A DNA stretch of 20,000 nt, taken from the IMG/VR virus record IMGVR_UViG_3300043773_001986. The stretch is one strand, 5' to 3'. The notes under the pieces are model-generated. The model was given only the letters and a program-made list of their open reading frames with translations, made no database searches and was not told the origin of the DNA. Shown one piece after another: positions 9,345-18,025 of this stretch. Source of the stretch: an uncultured virus (IMG/VR IMGVR_UViG_3300043773_001986). Lineage: Duplodnaviria; Heunggongvirae; Uroviricota; Caudoviricetes. The position numbers and the translations under genes were made by a program. How positions within the stretch are numbered: position 1 is the first letter of the stretch; each line of letters begins with the position of its first letter.

Positions 9345-9833
9345 TTAGTATACTAATATACATCTATCCATTCTAAGGTTTGCTTGGATTGTTGCTATTT
9401 TGTCATCACTATATGATAGTCCTTGAAAATCAACGTTAGTTAAAAAACAACCCTCAAGTATCCATTTTTCAACAACTACACCAGTTGGGTCTAACATCTC
9501 CAAATCAACATTTTTCTTATATCCCGCAGCATACCCCATACGACCTGTTACAGATTCAGCATGAAGACGAACCCATTCCATAAGTGCTTGTGCTGCAGAT
9601 GGACCGATAGGGTCTCTAAAAGTAACAGAAATTTCTTCCCAGTTAAATCTACCTGCAACATATGTTGAAGTGTTTAAAAATGGGATTTCAACCGAGTTTA
9701 TCTTAACTTTTGGTCTAGATGTTGATTCCACGAACCATTCATTAATACCTAAAGAAGAAGGAAATCTCATAATAAACCTATTCTGTCTTTTAGGTTCATA
9801 AGGTATGGGCATTTTCATCAATAAATCAGCCAT
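9345..9833 (-). CDS. Tail tube protein (T4 gp19-like)
   Basis: 162 aa; YEPKRQNRF, YVAGRFNWEEISVTFRDPI, YKKNVDLEMLDPTGVVVEKWILEGCF are typical tube motifs. Confidence 0.92.
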   Translation of the reverse strand: MADLLMKMPIPYEPKRQNRFIMRFPSSLGINEWFVESTSRPKVKINSVEIPFLNTSTYVAGRFNWEEISVTFRDPIGPSAAQALMEWVRLHAESVTGRMGYAAGYKKNVDLEMLDPTGVVVEKWILEGCFLTNVDFQGLSYSDDKIATIQANLRMDRCILVY

Positions 9834-9899
9834 CGTATTTCAGTTTAAATTTTTATTCTTTTTTATTTTAAATATAAATATCTTATTATTTTTTTTCTA

Positions 9900-9928
9900 T
9901 TGACTTTATAAAATAAAAAAAGTATTAT
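9900..9928 (+). promoter_or_regulatory. Sigma70-like promoter, antisense to the tail module
   Basis: TTGACT (9900-9905), 17-nt spacer, TATTAT (9923-9928). Confidence 0.5.
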
Positions 9929-9930
9929 TA

Positions 9931-10009
9931 TACTAGAACTAGTTAAATATTATTAATATAATATTTTATATTAATTTATATAATATTCTTTTTATTCTAG
10001 TTTCTAGTT
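9931..10009. repeat. Inverted CTAG-containing boxes flanking a 45-bp pure A/T tract
   Basis: ACTAGAACTAG (9932-9942) and TTCTAGTTTCTAGT (9995-10008); no G or C in 9943-9987. Confidence 0.6.
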
Positions 10010-10847
10010 GTAATTCTTCTTCATCTGGTTTGTATTCCTTTTTAATACCTCCGTGTGTTGAAAATATTTTAACATCTTTTACCCCCTTACTCATAGCCTT
10101 AATATTTCTCGGGTCATCATCAGAAAATCCTATCATAGGAACAAATTTATTTCTTATTTCGTTTTCTATTTTTTTAGATAATCTTAAGTTTAATTTTTCA
10201 GCTTGACCTTGAACATATTGTTTGAATCTATTCATTGTTGTAATTTTAGCTACTTCAGGATTTGTTGCTGACCCTTCCCCATAAGAAACAGGATAATACC
10301 TATTCATTTTTAGGTACTTCATTATTTCAGTTTCTTTATCAGCTGGATTTTCACCAGAGTTAATTCTCATTTCTTTTAATGAATCATATAGAGAATCAGA
10401 ATCAATTCCACCTCTATTTGAATCTATAAGTTTTTTAACCCCCATCATTAGTGTTGATGGTCTATGTCCTCTTGCAGTAATAATTGCAAACAACGAACCA
10501 TTATTAATTGCTTCTACAAAATCAGGCCATGCAGCATCATTAGCTAATTCAGCACTCATTACATCCTTTAAGAATTTACCATCCCCAGTAACTCTAAAAT
10601 CTCTGAATGGGTCTGGTGCAAAATTTACGATAGTAAAACCCTCATATTCAAAAGGTTCTTTTCCTATCTGAGTTCTATATTCAGCAAAATCCTCAGTTCC
10701 CATACCAACTTCTTCTCCATCATCATCTAATAAGTAGATTTTTGTTGGCATATACATTAAGTTATCATCCCAATCAAAAGCATAATACTTCATTGGGATT
10801 TCTCTTTCTTCAAATTCTCTAAGTAATTTAATAATTGTATTTCTCAT
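9966..10847 (-). CDS. HAD-superfamily phosphatase
   Basis: 293 aa; motif I YAFDWDDNL, motif II IITARGH, candidate motif III Lys in PEVAK, motif IV GFSDDDPRN. Confidence 0.8.
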   Translation of the reverse strand: MRNTIIKLLREFEEREIPMKYYAFDWDDNLMYMPTKIYLLDDDGEEVGMGTEDFAEYRTQIGKEPFEYEGFTIVNFAPDPFRDFRVTGDGKFLKDVMSAELANDAAWPDFVEAINNGSLFAIITARGHRPSTLMMGVKKLIDSNRGGIDSDSLYDSLKEMRINSGENPADKETEIMKYLKMNRYYPVSYGEGSATNPEVAKITTMNRFKQYVQGQAEKLNLRLSKKIENEIRNKFVPMIGFSDDDPRNIKAMSKGVKDVKIFSTHGGIKKEYKPDEEELQLETRIKRILYKLI

Positions 10848-10868
10848 ACTAATAAATATGTCTTAATT

Positions 10869-10901
10869 AAAAAAAGGAAGATGGTTTATTATCTTCCTTT
10901 T
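10869..10901 (-). terminator. Intrinsic terminator after the endonuclease gene (possibly bidirectional)
   Basis: AAAAGGAAGAT (10872-10882) / ATCTTCCTTTT (10891-10901) stem with A/T tails. Confidence 0.75.
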
Positions 10902-10908
10902 GTTCAAT

Positions 10909-12432
10909 TTATCGTAATGATAGCTCAAATTTTAACGAACCACAATCCCAAATTCTATCATAACCTTTTAGTTTCATAATTTCCCACTCTGTCATATTTT
11001 TATCATAACCCTCCTTAACAAGTACATCCTTTCTAAACACAAATCTATGATGTCTATTTAGATATTTATCAGTTTTAATATACCAATAATTTGGTGGTGT
11101 TTTTGATGTATATTGAAAACCATTTTTGTGATAAACTGTGTTGTTTGGATTAATACCCGACCATCTGATATCTGCAAAAGTTTCTATTTTATGTGGATTG
11201 ATGTTATTGATAAAATATTTTAACAATTTAGAGAATCCTCCAACAATTGTAGTGAACTTTTTATTACTAAATCGGATTAATTCATATTCGTCAGAAATGA
11301 TATCTTTATTACCTAACGATTTTCTTTTTTTTCCAAAAGTCATTACAGATACTAATTCATTTTCAAAAAAAAGACCATATCTAAATTTATCAATAGTATA
11401 ACCTTGTAAATGATTTTCATTCAAAAATTCCATAGATTGTTTTTTTGTGATTTCTTGAGCATTACATTTTCTACCATAAATTTTACTATTTAAATTCAAT
11501 TTACTCGATAACTTAGATAATACGATATCTGTTTTTAACATAATTTCATCTTCATAGAATTGAATCAAATTAATATTTTTATCATTCGAAAGAATCGTTT
11601 TGTCAATATGATATAATTTTGTCTTTTCTCCACTTATTTCAGAATGAAAATAATTACCATTTACCTCAATTCCAAGATTGAAATCGGGTAAAAAAATATC
11701 AATTTCTTTACCATTTAATATTTTTCTGTCGGCATCAATATGTTTTATATTATTCGTATTTAAAAAATCTTTAATTTTTTGTTCTAAGTTGGAATTTTTG
11801 GTAATTGGGTAACATTTTCTACAGATTGGTATTTTACCACTACCTAATAATGTACTACTAAAAATGTTTTCACATTTAGTACACTCGAAAGTATAAGATT
11901 GTGAGGTATTACCATTTTTATTTTGTTTATAATCATCTAATAACTTCAAATTTTGTTCATCTAATTTGGGGAGTAGTTTGTCTAAATGTTTTATTTTAAT
12001 TGTGTTTTTTAATTTATCCACAAATTCTTGTAAATACATAGGACTCTTAACTCCATACTTCTCTATGAAAAGTTTATCTCTATTTTTTTTAAACTCATCT
12101 AATTTGAATAAAGAATCCTCACCATACTTTTCATATAACACTTGTTTCGACTTGTTAATTCTATTTTCTTTATTGACCTCTTTTTTATTCCAAATTGTTC
12201 TACATTCATTGGAACAAAGTTTTCTTTCGTGTTTTTTTCTTTCTGTAAAACTATTACCACATTGGATACAAGTTCTGTTTTCCCTCACGCTTTCATCTTT
12301 CTCCTTACCAAGTATCTTATTTTTTTTAGCATACTCAAAATAACAAGTTCTATCACAGAATTTTTTATCTCTATGTTTATAATCTGTAACAAACATATTC
12401 GTACAATTCATACATTTTAATTCAATTTTCAT
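10909..12432 (-). CDS. Free-standing Hef-like homing endonuclease: Zn-finger repeats, Vsr/PD-(D/E)XK-like nuclease, GNAT/Mom-like C-terminal domain
   Basis: ATG at 12432 (507 aa) preferred over the track's 12465 start; two CxxC...CxxxC repeats, EKYG repeats, another Zn ribbon, SNLE...EIDIFLPDFNLGIEVNGNYFHS, then FLNENHLQG...ELIRF...VGGFSKLL...FADIRWS. Confidence 0.75.
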   Translation of the reverse strand: MKIELKCMNCTNMFVTDYKHRDKKFCDRTCYFEYAKKNKILGKEKDESVRENRTCIQCGNSFTERKKHERKLCSNECRTIWNKKEVNKENRINKSKQVLYEKYGEDSLFKLDEFKKNRDKLFIEKYGVKSPMYLQEFVDKLKNTIKIKHLDKLLPKLDEQNLKLLDDYKQNKNGNTSQSYTFECTKCENIFSSTLLGSGKIPICRKCYPITKNSNLEQKIKDFLNTNNIKHIDADRKILNGKEIDIFLPDFNLGIEVNGNYFHSEISGEKTKLYHIDKTILSNDKNINLIQFYEDEIMLKTDIVLSKLSSKLNLNSKIYGRKCNAQEITKKQSMEFLNENHLQGYTIDKFRYGLFFENELVSVMTFGKKRKSLGNKDIISDEYELIRFSNKKFTTIVGGFSKLLKYFINNINPHKIETFADIRWSGINPNNTVYHKNGFQYTSKTPPNYWYIKTDKYLNRHHRFVFRKDVLVKEGYDKNMTEWEIMKLKGYDRIWDCGSLKFELSLR

Positions 12433-12492
12433 AGGTAAATTATTTTTTAATGTAACAAACACCAATCTACATATAAATATAGGATATTTAAT

Positions 12493-12529
12493 TAAAAAAC
12501 AAAAACCCTCCTTTAAATCAAGGAGGGTT
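12493..12529 (-). terminator. Intrinsic terminator after the tail sheath gene
   Basis: AACCCTCCTT (12504-12513) / AAGGAGGGTT (12520-12529) stem followed on the minus strand by UUUGUUUUUU. Confidence 0.85.
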
Positions 12530-12553
12530 AATTTTTTGTGGTATTAAAATATA

Positions 12554-15500
12554 TTAAATATTCTCAAACGAAGCACCTGTTGGGGTGATATAGAAAGTAA
12601 TATCTATAAATTCTAACGAACGAGTTGGTTTAATATATATTTTACCTGTCAATTGGTTTCTATCCAAATCTGCAGGGTCTGAAGAAACCGTTACACGGAA
12701 ATCATACAAACCTCTATCTCTTCTGATAGCATCTAATATTGGATTGACAGCATCTAAGAAATCTTGTCTTACTTTTTCGTCATTTTGTTCGAACAACAAT
12801 CTAACTGAAACTGCAGATATAAGTTTTCTTGCTTGTAATAACAATCTTCTTACGTTGATTCTATCAAGAGCAGATTCTCTAATTTGCATAGTTTTGTTAC
12901 CCCAAATAACTGTTCCTACATCAGAGAAAGTTGCGATTGGATTAATTCTACCTTTGTATAGAGTATCTCTTTCTTCTTGTGTAAGTTTTCTTCTCGCTTT
13001 GATTGCGTTAACAATACCTCTTGTATAACCTGCCGCAGCAAACCAAGGGAAAGCAATATTATCAGTTAAAGCTAAGTTTCTACAAACCTCAGCAGTTGGT
13101 GGTATATAGATTTGTGTATTGTTAACAGTATCTCTTGTTAATACCCAAGGATAGTAAGTTGCCGTGTAGTTAGAATCTATACCCGCAGTTTCTAAGTTAT
13201 CAACAGCTTCTTGTGGATAAATAACATCAGTTTGTTCACCCGTTGTTGGTACTAACATATTGTAGTCAGGTGTTGTTGTGATGTAAATTGAGTCAGCTCT
13301 ATCAAATTCTATCATTTCTATTGCTGCTTCTACAAGGTTACTATTGTTTACATAATCAATACCTGTTGTTACGAATACATTTATATTAACCGCTTCAGGA
13401 TTTTGGAATGTTTGTTGACCTAACAAGTAAGCGTAATAGTCAGTATTAGCATAATCTTGAGTTGTATTCCCAACTGTTATTGTTTTGAATGCACCCCATC
13501 CTGTTGCTGTTGGATATCTGAACGATGGACATGCACCTCTTAAATAACCACTTCTACCCAAAATAAAGTTATCGGCATTAGTTCTACGTTCTCTGTAGAT
13601 GTCCCAACCATCGAAACCACCTGAGCACAAGAAACTAAATTTACGTGCAAATATTCTGTAGTAAGGATTTGTTTCATCACTAGGGTCACTTGTGAATGTA
13701 CCACTACCAACATAAAACTCAGCAGTACCACTTGTAGTAAACGAGTTAGCAATAGTAATACCTGAAGCGTCTTTATCCATATGGAAACCTTTTGTTCTAT
13801 AAGACCAATCAGCCCCAGTAGTTGCATCACAGATACTTGAACCTGGTAAACGTTTTCCTTTGTAAGTGAAGAAATCAACATCGTAACCAACTGTATCAGA
13901 AATACCTAAATATGTTCTTCTAACATTGTCACCAGCACTTCTTAAAGCATCATCAGCACCTGAAGCTAACCCGAAAGGTGGATTGTATACAACTTCACCA
14001 GGGAAATCATATTTAGTTTTGTAAATTGGGAATGGTGATTTTGCACCAGCATATTCTCTCATATTGTAACCAACGAAACCACAAGGTAAAGCATCGATTG
14101 GTGCATCTTCATTAATCTCTAACATTACAAATTTGGAGTTCAAAGCATATTCACCATCTTTAGTTCCAATTTTTTTAGCTATGAAATTATTTTCATTAGG
14201 ATTCATTGAACAATTTGTAAATTTCTCTAATACAACAGGATTTGAATCACTATCAAAGAAATCTCTAATTTGAACATCAAAAGTACCATTATTGAATGAC
14301 ATATTTGCCATAGAAATTTTTACTTCTGTATTTGCAGCATCCCCATCAGCTATCGTTGTAAATCTGAATAGATTAAATACTTTGTTACCTCTAAGTTCAG
14401 AAACAACCCATGGAGAAACTGGTGATTGGTATCTTTCTAAGTAGAAAGCTATTGAAGTTGCGTCTACCTCTTGTCTTGCATTTGGTAATGCAATCAAGTC
14501 ACAATTCAAACCTCTAATGTAACCTTTTCTATAACCATAGTTTAATAATGATTGGAACCTTTCTTCTACAAACAATGGTGTTGTTGCTCTTGGTTTTGCA
14601 AAGTTACTTGAACCGAATACTTTAGCAATATACTTAGGGTCTGAATTAGTAAATGATGTTTCGAAAGTAAAGTTATCACCATCTTTATTAGTAACATTAA
14701 GTGCAAATGTTGAATATGGATTTTTAGTAACCGCTGAATATGTGCCAGTACAATCCATACTAACGTCAGTTAATCCACTGACCTCATATACGGCACCATT
14801 ATCTGTACCATAAGTTGCAATACCTCTTGAACGTAGTGTTGCTATTACCAAGTCATCATAATCTGTATATGCTGTACCACTATAAATGTATATGTTACCA
14901 GTTATACTACCACTATAACAATTAGTGATTGTACCTGTTTGAATTGTTCCTGTATTACCTGTTGTACAAACACCACATGGGTCTGTGAAAAGTAAATTAA
15001 CAGTCCAAGCTGAAGTTGCTGTCAAATCGTCAGATACTATTGTATATGATTTAGTCAAAGAACTAAAATTATAACCAACTGTTGTTGCCGATTGTACCAC
15101 ACCACCACTTGTTATACCACTTAATGCTGGGTTAGTACAAGCACTGAAATTAATAGTCATTGCAGTTACGTCAGCTGTAGTTGCTGTGGATGGAAGACAA
15201 ACATTAATTACATTTGTATTGTAATTGATTGCACCTGTAACTGTAGTGATAGTTGGAGAACTTACTGAGTAACTATAAAATGATGCACAATTTGATAACG
15301 ATGATGTTAGTGTTAAACTATTAACATAATCGTAAAAAGAATAACCCGAATATTGACCATTTCCAATATTATCAAAAGTTGCATAATACCAAGTATCATT
15401 AACGGCTGCAGTATAGTCGGCCAAATCCGAACTAATGTTATCAACACCAAACACATTATTTTGAGAAGTGTACCCTGATAATAATGTATCAATAGTTCCA

Positions 15501-16147
15501 CCTGATACTGTACCAAAATAGTTTATTGATGTTGCTGATGTTGATGGGGTGTTTAAAATATTGAATAACTGATTTTTTATATCAGAATCAATCGTTGAGG
15601 TTGACCCATTAAATAACTCATATGTACTATATAAGTCACCCGATAGAAGTGCCGGTATTGATGTTGTGTATGAAATAGAGTTAATACTATTTGTACAACC
15701 AGTAAAATTGATTGTATAACTACTAACTTTAAATTCAACACATTGTGTAATACAACTTACAGTTGAAGCACTTGAACAATCAAACCCAACAGTTGATTGG
15801 TCAACATTAGCAACCGTAGATATAGACCAAGAAGGTCCTGCATCATAACCTGATAACCCAAGAATTCTTGTTACGAATAATTGGTTAGATTGTTGTAAGT
15901 ATGCTTTGGCTACATAAGCGGCTTCATACTTTGGTATTTGAGTGTTTATAAATTTCTCAGGGGAAGTACCACCGAAATACGTTGTGAATTCGTCAAAGTT
16001 TGTAATAAAAATAGGTTCGAAGGCTGGACCTTTCAAGGTTTCACCAACAATACCAAGAGTTGTTACGCCCACACTTTGTGACACAAAACTTAAATCGACC
16101 TCAGAAGTATAGACACCAGGAGATACGAAAACTTTACTGTTTGACAT
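12554..16147 (-). CDS. Contractile tail sheath protein (T4 gp18-like) with insertion
   Basis: 1197 aa; N-terminal VSPGVYTSEVDLS; C-terminal ATYYPWV, PWFAAAGYTRG, RDTLYKGRINPIATF...IWGNKT...ALDRINVRRLL, FEQND, IKPTRSLEFIDITF. Confidence 0.97.
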   Translation of the reverse strand: MSNSKVFVSPGVYTSEVDLSFVSQSVGVTTLGIVGETLKGPAFEPIFITNFDEFTTYFGGTSPEKFINTQIPKYEAAYVAKAYLQQSNQLFVTRILGLSGYDAGPSWSISTVANVDQSTVGFDCSSASTVSCITQCVEFKVSSYTINFTGCTNSINSISYTTSIPALLSGDLYSTYELFNGSTSTIDSDIKNQLFNILNTPSTSATSINYFGTVSGGTIDTLLSGYTSQNNVFGVDNISSDLADYTAAVNDTWYYATFDNIGNGQYSGYSFYDYVNSLTLTSSLSNCASFYSYSVSSPTITTVTGAINYNTNVINVCLPSTATTADVTAMTINFSACTNPALSGITSGGVVQSATTVGYNFSSLTKSYTIVSDDLTATSAWTVNLLFTDPCGVCTTGNTGTIQTGTITNCYSGSITGNIYIYSGTAYTDYDDLVIATLRSRGIATYGTDNGAVYEVSGLTDVSMDCTGTYSAVTKNPYSTFALNVTNKDGDNFTFETSFTNSDPKYIAKVFGSSNFAKPRATTPLFVEERFQSLLNYGYRKGYIRGLNCDLIALPNARQEVDATSIAFYLERYQSPVSPWVVSELRGNKVFNLFRFTTIADGDAANTEVKISMANMSFNNGTFDVQIRDFFDSDSNPVVLEKFTNCSMNPNENNFIAKKIGTKDGEYALNSKFVMLEINEDAPIDALPCGFVGYNMREYAGAKSPFPIYKTKYDFPGEVVYNPPFGLASGADDALRSAGDNVRRTYLGISDTVGYDVDFFTYKGKRLPGSSICDATTGADWSYRTKGFHMDKDASGITIANSFTTSGTAEFYVGSGTFTSDPSDETNPYYRIFARKFSFLCSGGFDGWDIYRERRTNADNFILGRSGYLRGACPSFRYPTATGWGAFKTITVGNTTQDYANTDYYAYLLGQQTFQNPEAVNINVFVTTGIDYVNNSNLVEAAIEMIEFDRADSIYITTTPDYNMLVPTTGEQTDVIYPQEAVDNLETAGIDSNYTATYYPWVLTRDTVNNTQIYIPPTAEVCRNLALTDNIAFPWFAAAGYTRGIVNAIKARRKLTQEERDTLYKGRINPIATFSDVGTVIWGNKTMQIRESALDRINVRRLLLQARKLISAVSVRLLFEQNDEKVRQDFLDAVNPILDAIRRDRGLYDFRVTVSSDPADLDRNQLTGKIYIKPTRSLEFIDITFYITPTGASFENI

Positions 16148-16236
16148 TGATAAGGATGTTTAATAATTTATTTTATAAATAAATATTAGTATCAACCCTA
16201 AAAAACTTTACTTCATTATATGTATTGATAAATTGA

Positions 16237-16263
16237 GTAGAATAAATTCTACCTTTTTTCTAC
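16237..16263. promoter_or_regulatory. Palindromic operator-like site upstream of the RHH gene
   Basis: GTAGAAT-aa-ATTCTAC (16237-16252) plus a third TTCTAC half-site (16258-16263) just before the ATG at 16265. Confidence 0.5.
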
Positions 16264-16264
16264 T

Positions 16265-16429
16265 ATGTCTAAAACAGAGAAAAAAATAAAGAATTTGAAG
16301 ATATCTATTGAGGTACACGATATATTAAAAACATATTGTGATAAGAATGGTATAAAAATGTATCGTTTTTTGGAAAGATTGATAGTTGAAAAGTGTAAAG
16401 AAAAAAAAGATATATATGGTGATTCTTAA
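16265..16429 (+). CDS. Small ribbon-helix-helix-like DNA-binding protein (absent from ORF track)
   Basis: 54 aa MSKTEKKIKNLKISIEVHDILKTYCDKNGIKMYRFLERLIVEKCKEKKDIYGDS*; strand KNLKIS, helix, NG turn, helix; stop overlaps the convergent gene's stop in TTAA (16426-16429). Confidence 0.8.
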   Translation: MSKTEKKIKNLKISIEVHDILKTYCDKNGIKMYRFLERLIVEKCKEKKDIYGDS

Positions 16430-17463
16430 AGTAAGAAGCCACTCAAAACCATAGAAGATACTTCAGAGACATTTAATCTAACTACTTCAATCCTTACAAT
16501 ATCATTAGTGTTAATTTGTACTTGTGAAACATTAGTTCCATAATAATCATTATTAATATAAACATCATAGGTATTGACATTAACAATATCTAATATACTA
16601 AGATTAGTTGTGTAATTGAATGTTTGAGATAATGTATCGTTACCCACATTATAAATCAAATTGAAATTATTTGATTGTTCAATAGATTCCATTTTTTTTC
16701 TTCTTCTTGTTGTACGAGTATCAACTTCGGTAACTTGTAAAACTCTACTTACTGCAGGACTTACCTCAAACTCGTTTTCATCAATTAGAAAACCTAACAT
16801 AGTAAAACTATAACTTTGGATATAATATTTTCTTTTGTTCAAATCTAAGACACTTTCATCCGAAATATCACCCATTACAATTGGAATATAATGCCCTTTA
16901 ATAACTTGATACGCTTGACGAGATGCAAATTTCTCCAAAATAATTTTATTAAATTGGTTTAGTTCACGCATTCTATTACAAATTATTTTTACATCAAAAG
17001 ATATATCCACAGGAACTGGTTGTGGTATTTTGTAAACATCCATACCCATCCTTTGTCCATCCCACGTTGGAACTTGAGCATAAAAAAATAACCTTCTATT
17101 TGGAATATTATATAGTGTTGATGGGTTGGTTCCAAATTTGACTTCAGGTTTTCTTACAACTGTTACAAAAGGGGGCTCAACATTTTTATCGATATTTTGT
17201 ATCTCCCAAGTTTCAACAAACTGAGTCCAATTTTGTGTTGTAACTAAAATATCAATTGTTGGTATTAATTTTCCATCTACAATAAGTTTCAATTCTTCTT
17301 TTACAAAATCTAAAAATCCACCATCCAAATCAGCATGTAAAATTGATTTAGGCAAATAAGTTCCATCCTTATTTATCTTTTCTAATAATTCCTCTCTTCT
17401 CCCCAAACCTACCTTGGATTCGGTTAATGGTAAATATTTTTTTATTTTTTTAGGTAGTGGCAT
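16426..17463 (-). CDS. Tail terminator / sheath stabiliser-like protein (T4 gp15-like)
   Basis: 345 aa; IPQPVPVDISFDVKIICNRMRELNQF resembles the gp15-type PVPxDIxF segment; lies between neck and sheath genes. Confidence 0.6.
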   Translation of the reverse strand: MPLPKKIKKYLPLTESKVGLGRREELLEKINKDGTYLPKSILHADLDGGFLDFVKEELKLIVDGKLIPTIDILVTTQNWTQFVETWEIQNIDKNVEPPFVTVVRKPEVKFGTNPSTLYNIPNRRLFFYAQVPTWDGQRMGMDVYKIPQPVPVDISFDVKIICNRMRELNQFNKIILEKFASRQAYQVIKGHYIPIVMGDISDESVLDLNKRKYYIQSYSFTMLGFLIDENEFEVSPAVSRVLQVTEVDTRTTRRRKKMESIEQSNNFNLIYNVGNDTLSQTFNYTTNLSILDIVNVNTYDVYINNDYYGTNVSQVQINTNDIVRIEVVRLNVSEVSSMVLSGFLL

Positions 17464-17465
17464 TT

Positions 17466-17978
17466 TTATAATCCTCTAAATTCATCATCAACAACAGCTG
17501 ATGCTATTATAGTACGATAGAATGGTTTATATCCAGCATATGTATGTTTATTATCTGATATTACCCTTCCATCATCTGTTACTGTATAGAATCTAATTCT
17601 ATCTTCAGTTTCGTAGTAACCAATGTAATCACCAAAACTAACATCAACACCCAATTCATCTAATTGTCTTTGGTATACAGAAACTTTAAGATTACCTGGT
17701 TCAGTTTGATTAATTCTACTATTTCCATAGTTTTTGTTTTCAGGTTCTGAAATTTGAACTAATCCTTTAAATTCTACTGGTGGTAAAAATTTAACCCCAT
17801 CCTTTAAAGTTTCGCCATATACGTCATCTGTCTTGGTTTTCATCCTATCAATTCGGTATAACACCAATGTAAAATTCATATCACCATGTAACCATTCTGA
17901 CCCCATATTAATATCAAGGTCATAGTCGTTTTGGTCGAAAAACTTACCGAGTCTAGTAATTGGTACTCTATTATTCAT
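17466..17978 (-). CDS. Neck / head-closure protein (T4 gp14-like)
   Basis: 170 aa; LYRID...DDVYGE...FLPPVEF and GDYIGY pattern; first gene of the neck-tail unit. Confidence 0.6.
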   Translation of the reverse strand: MNNRVPITRLGKFFDQNDYDLDINMGSEWLHGDMNFTLVLYRIDRMKTKTDDVYGETLKDGVKFLPPVEFKGLVQISEPENKNYGNSRINQTEPGNLKVSVYQRQLDELGVDVSFGDYIGYYETEDRIRFYTVTDDGRVISDNKHTYAGYKPFYRTIIASAVVDDEFRGL

Positions 17979-18025
17979 ATTGATAAATATAAACTTATTG
18001 ACTATTTTTATGTTAAAATACGATT

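Noticed and set aside
11138..12420. Three plus-strand ORFs (87, 125, 92 aa)
   Set aside because: F/L/S-rich antisense shadows of the Lys-rich endonuclease gene.
12433..12465. Track start of the endonuclease at 12465
   Set aside because: Non-ATG start; ATG at 12432 begins directly at the first Zn-finger and is preferred, though not proven.
12744..15516. ORFs 12744-13028, 13540-13890 and 15313-15516
   Set aside because: Nested in the sheath gene, with no independent support.
1..17978. Bacterial eCIS, tailocin or T6SS locus
   Set aside because: Neck-like genes, a free-standing endonuclease, adjacent helicase and late-promoter-like motifs fit a phage genome better.
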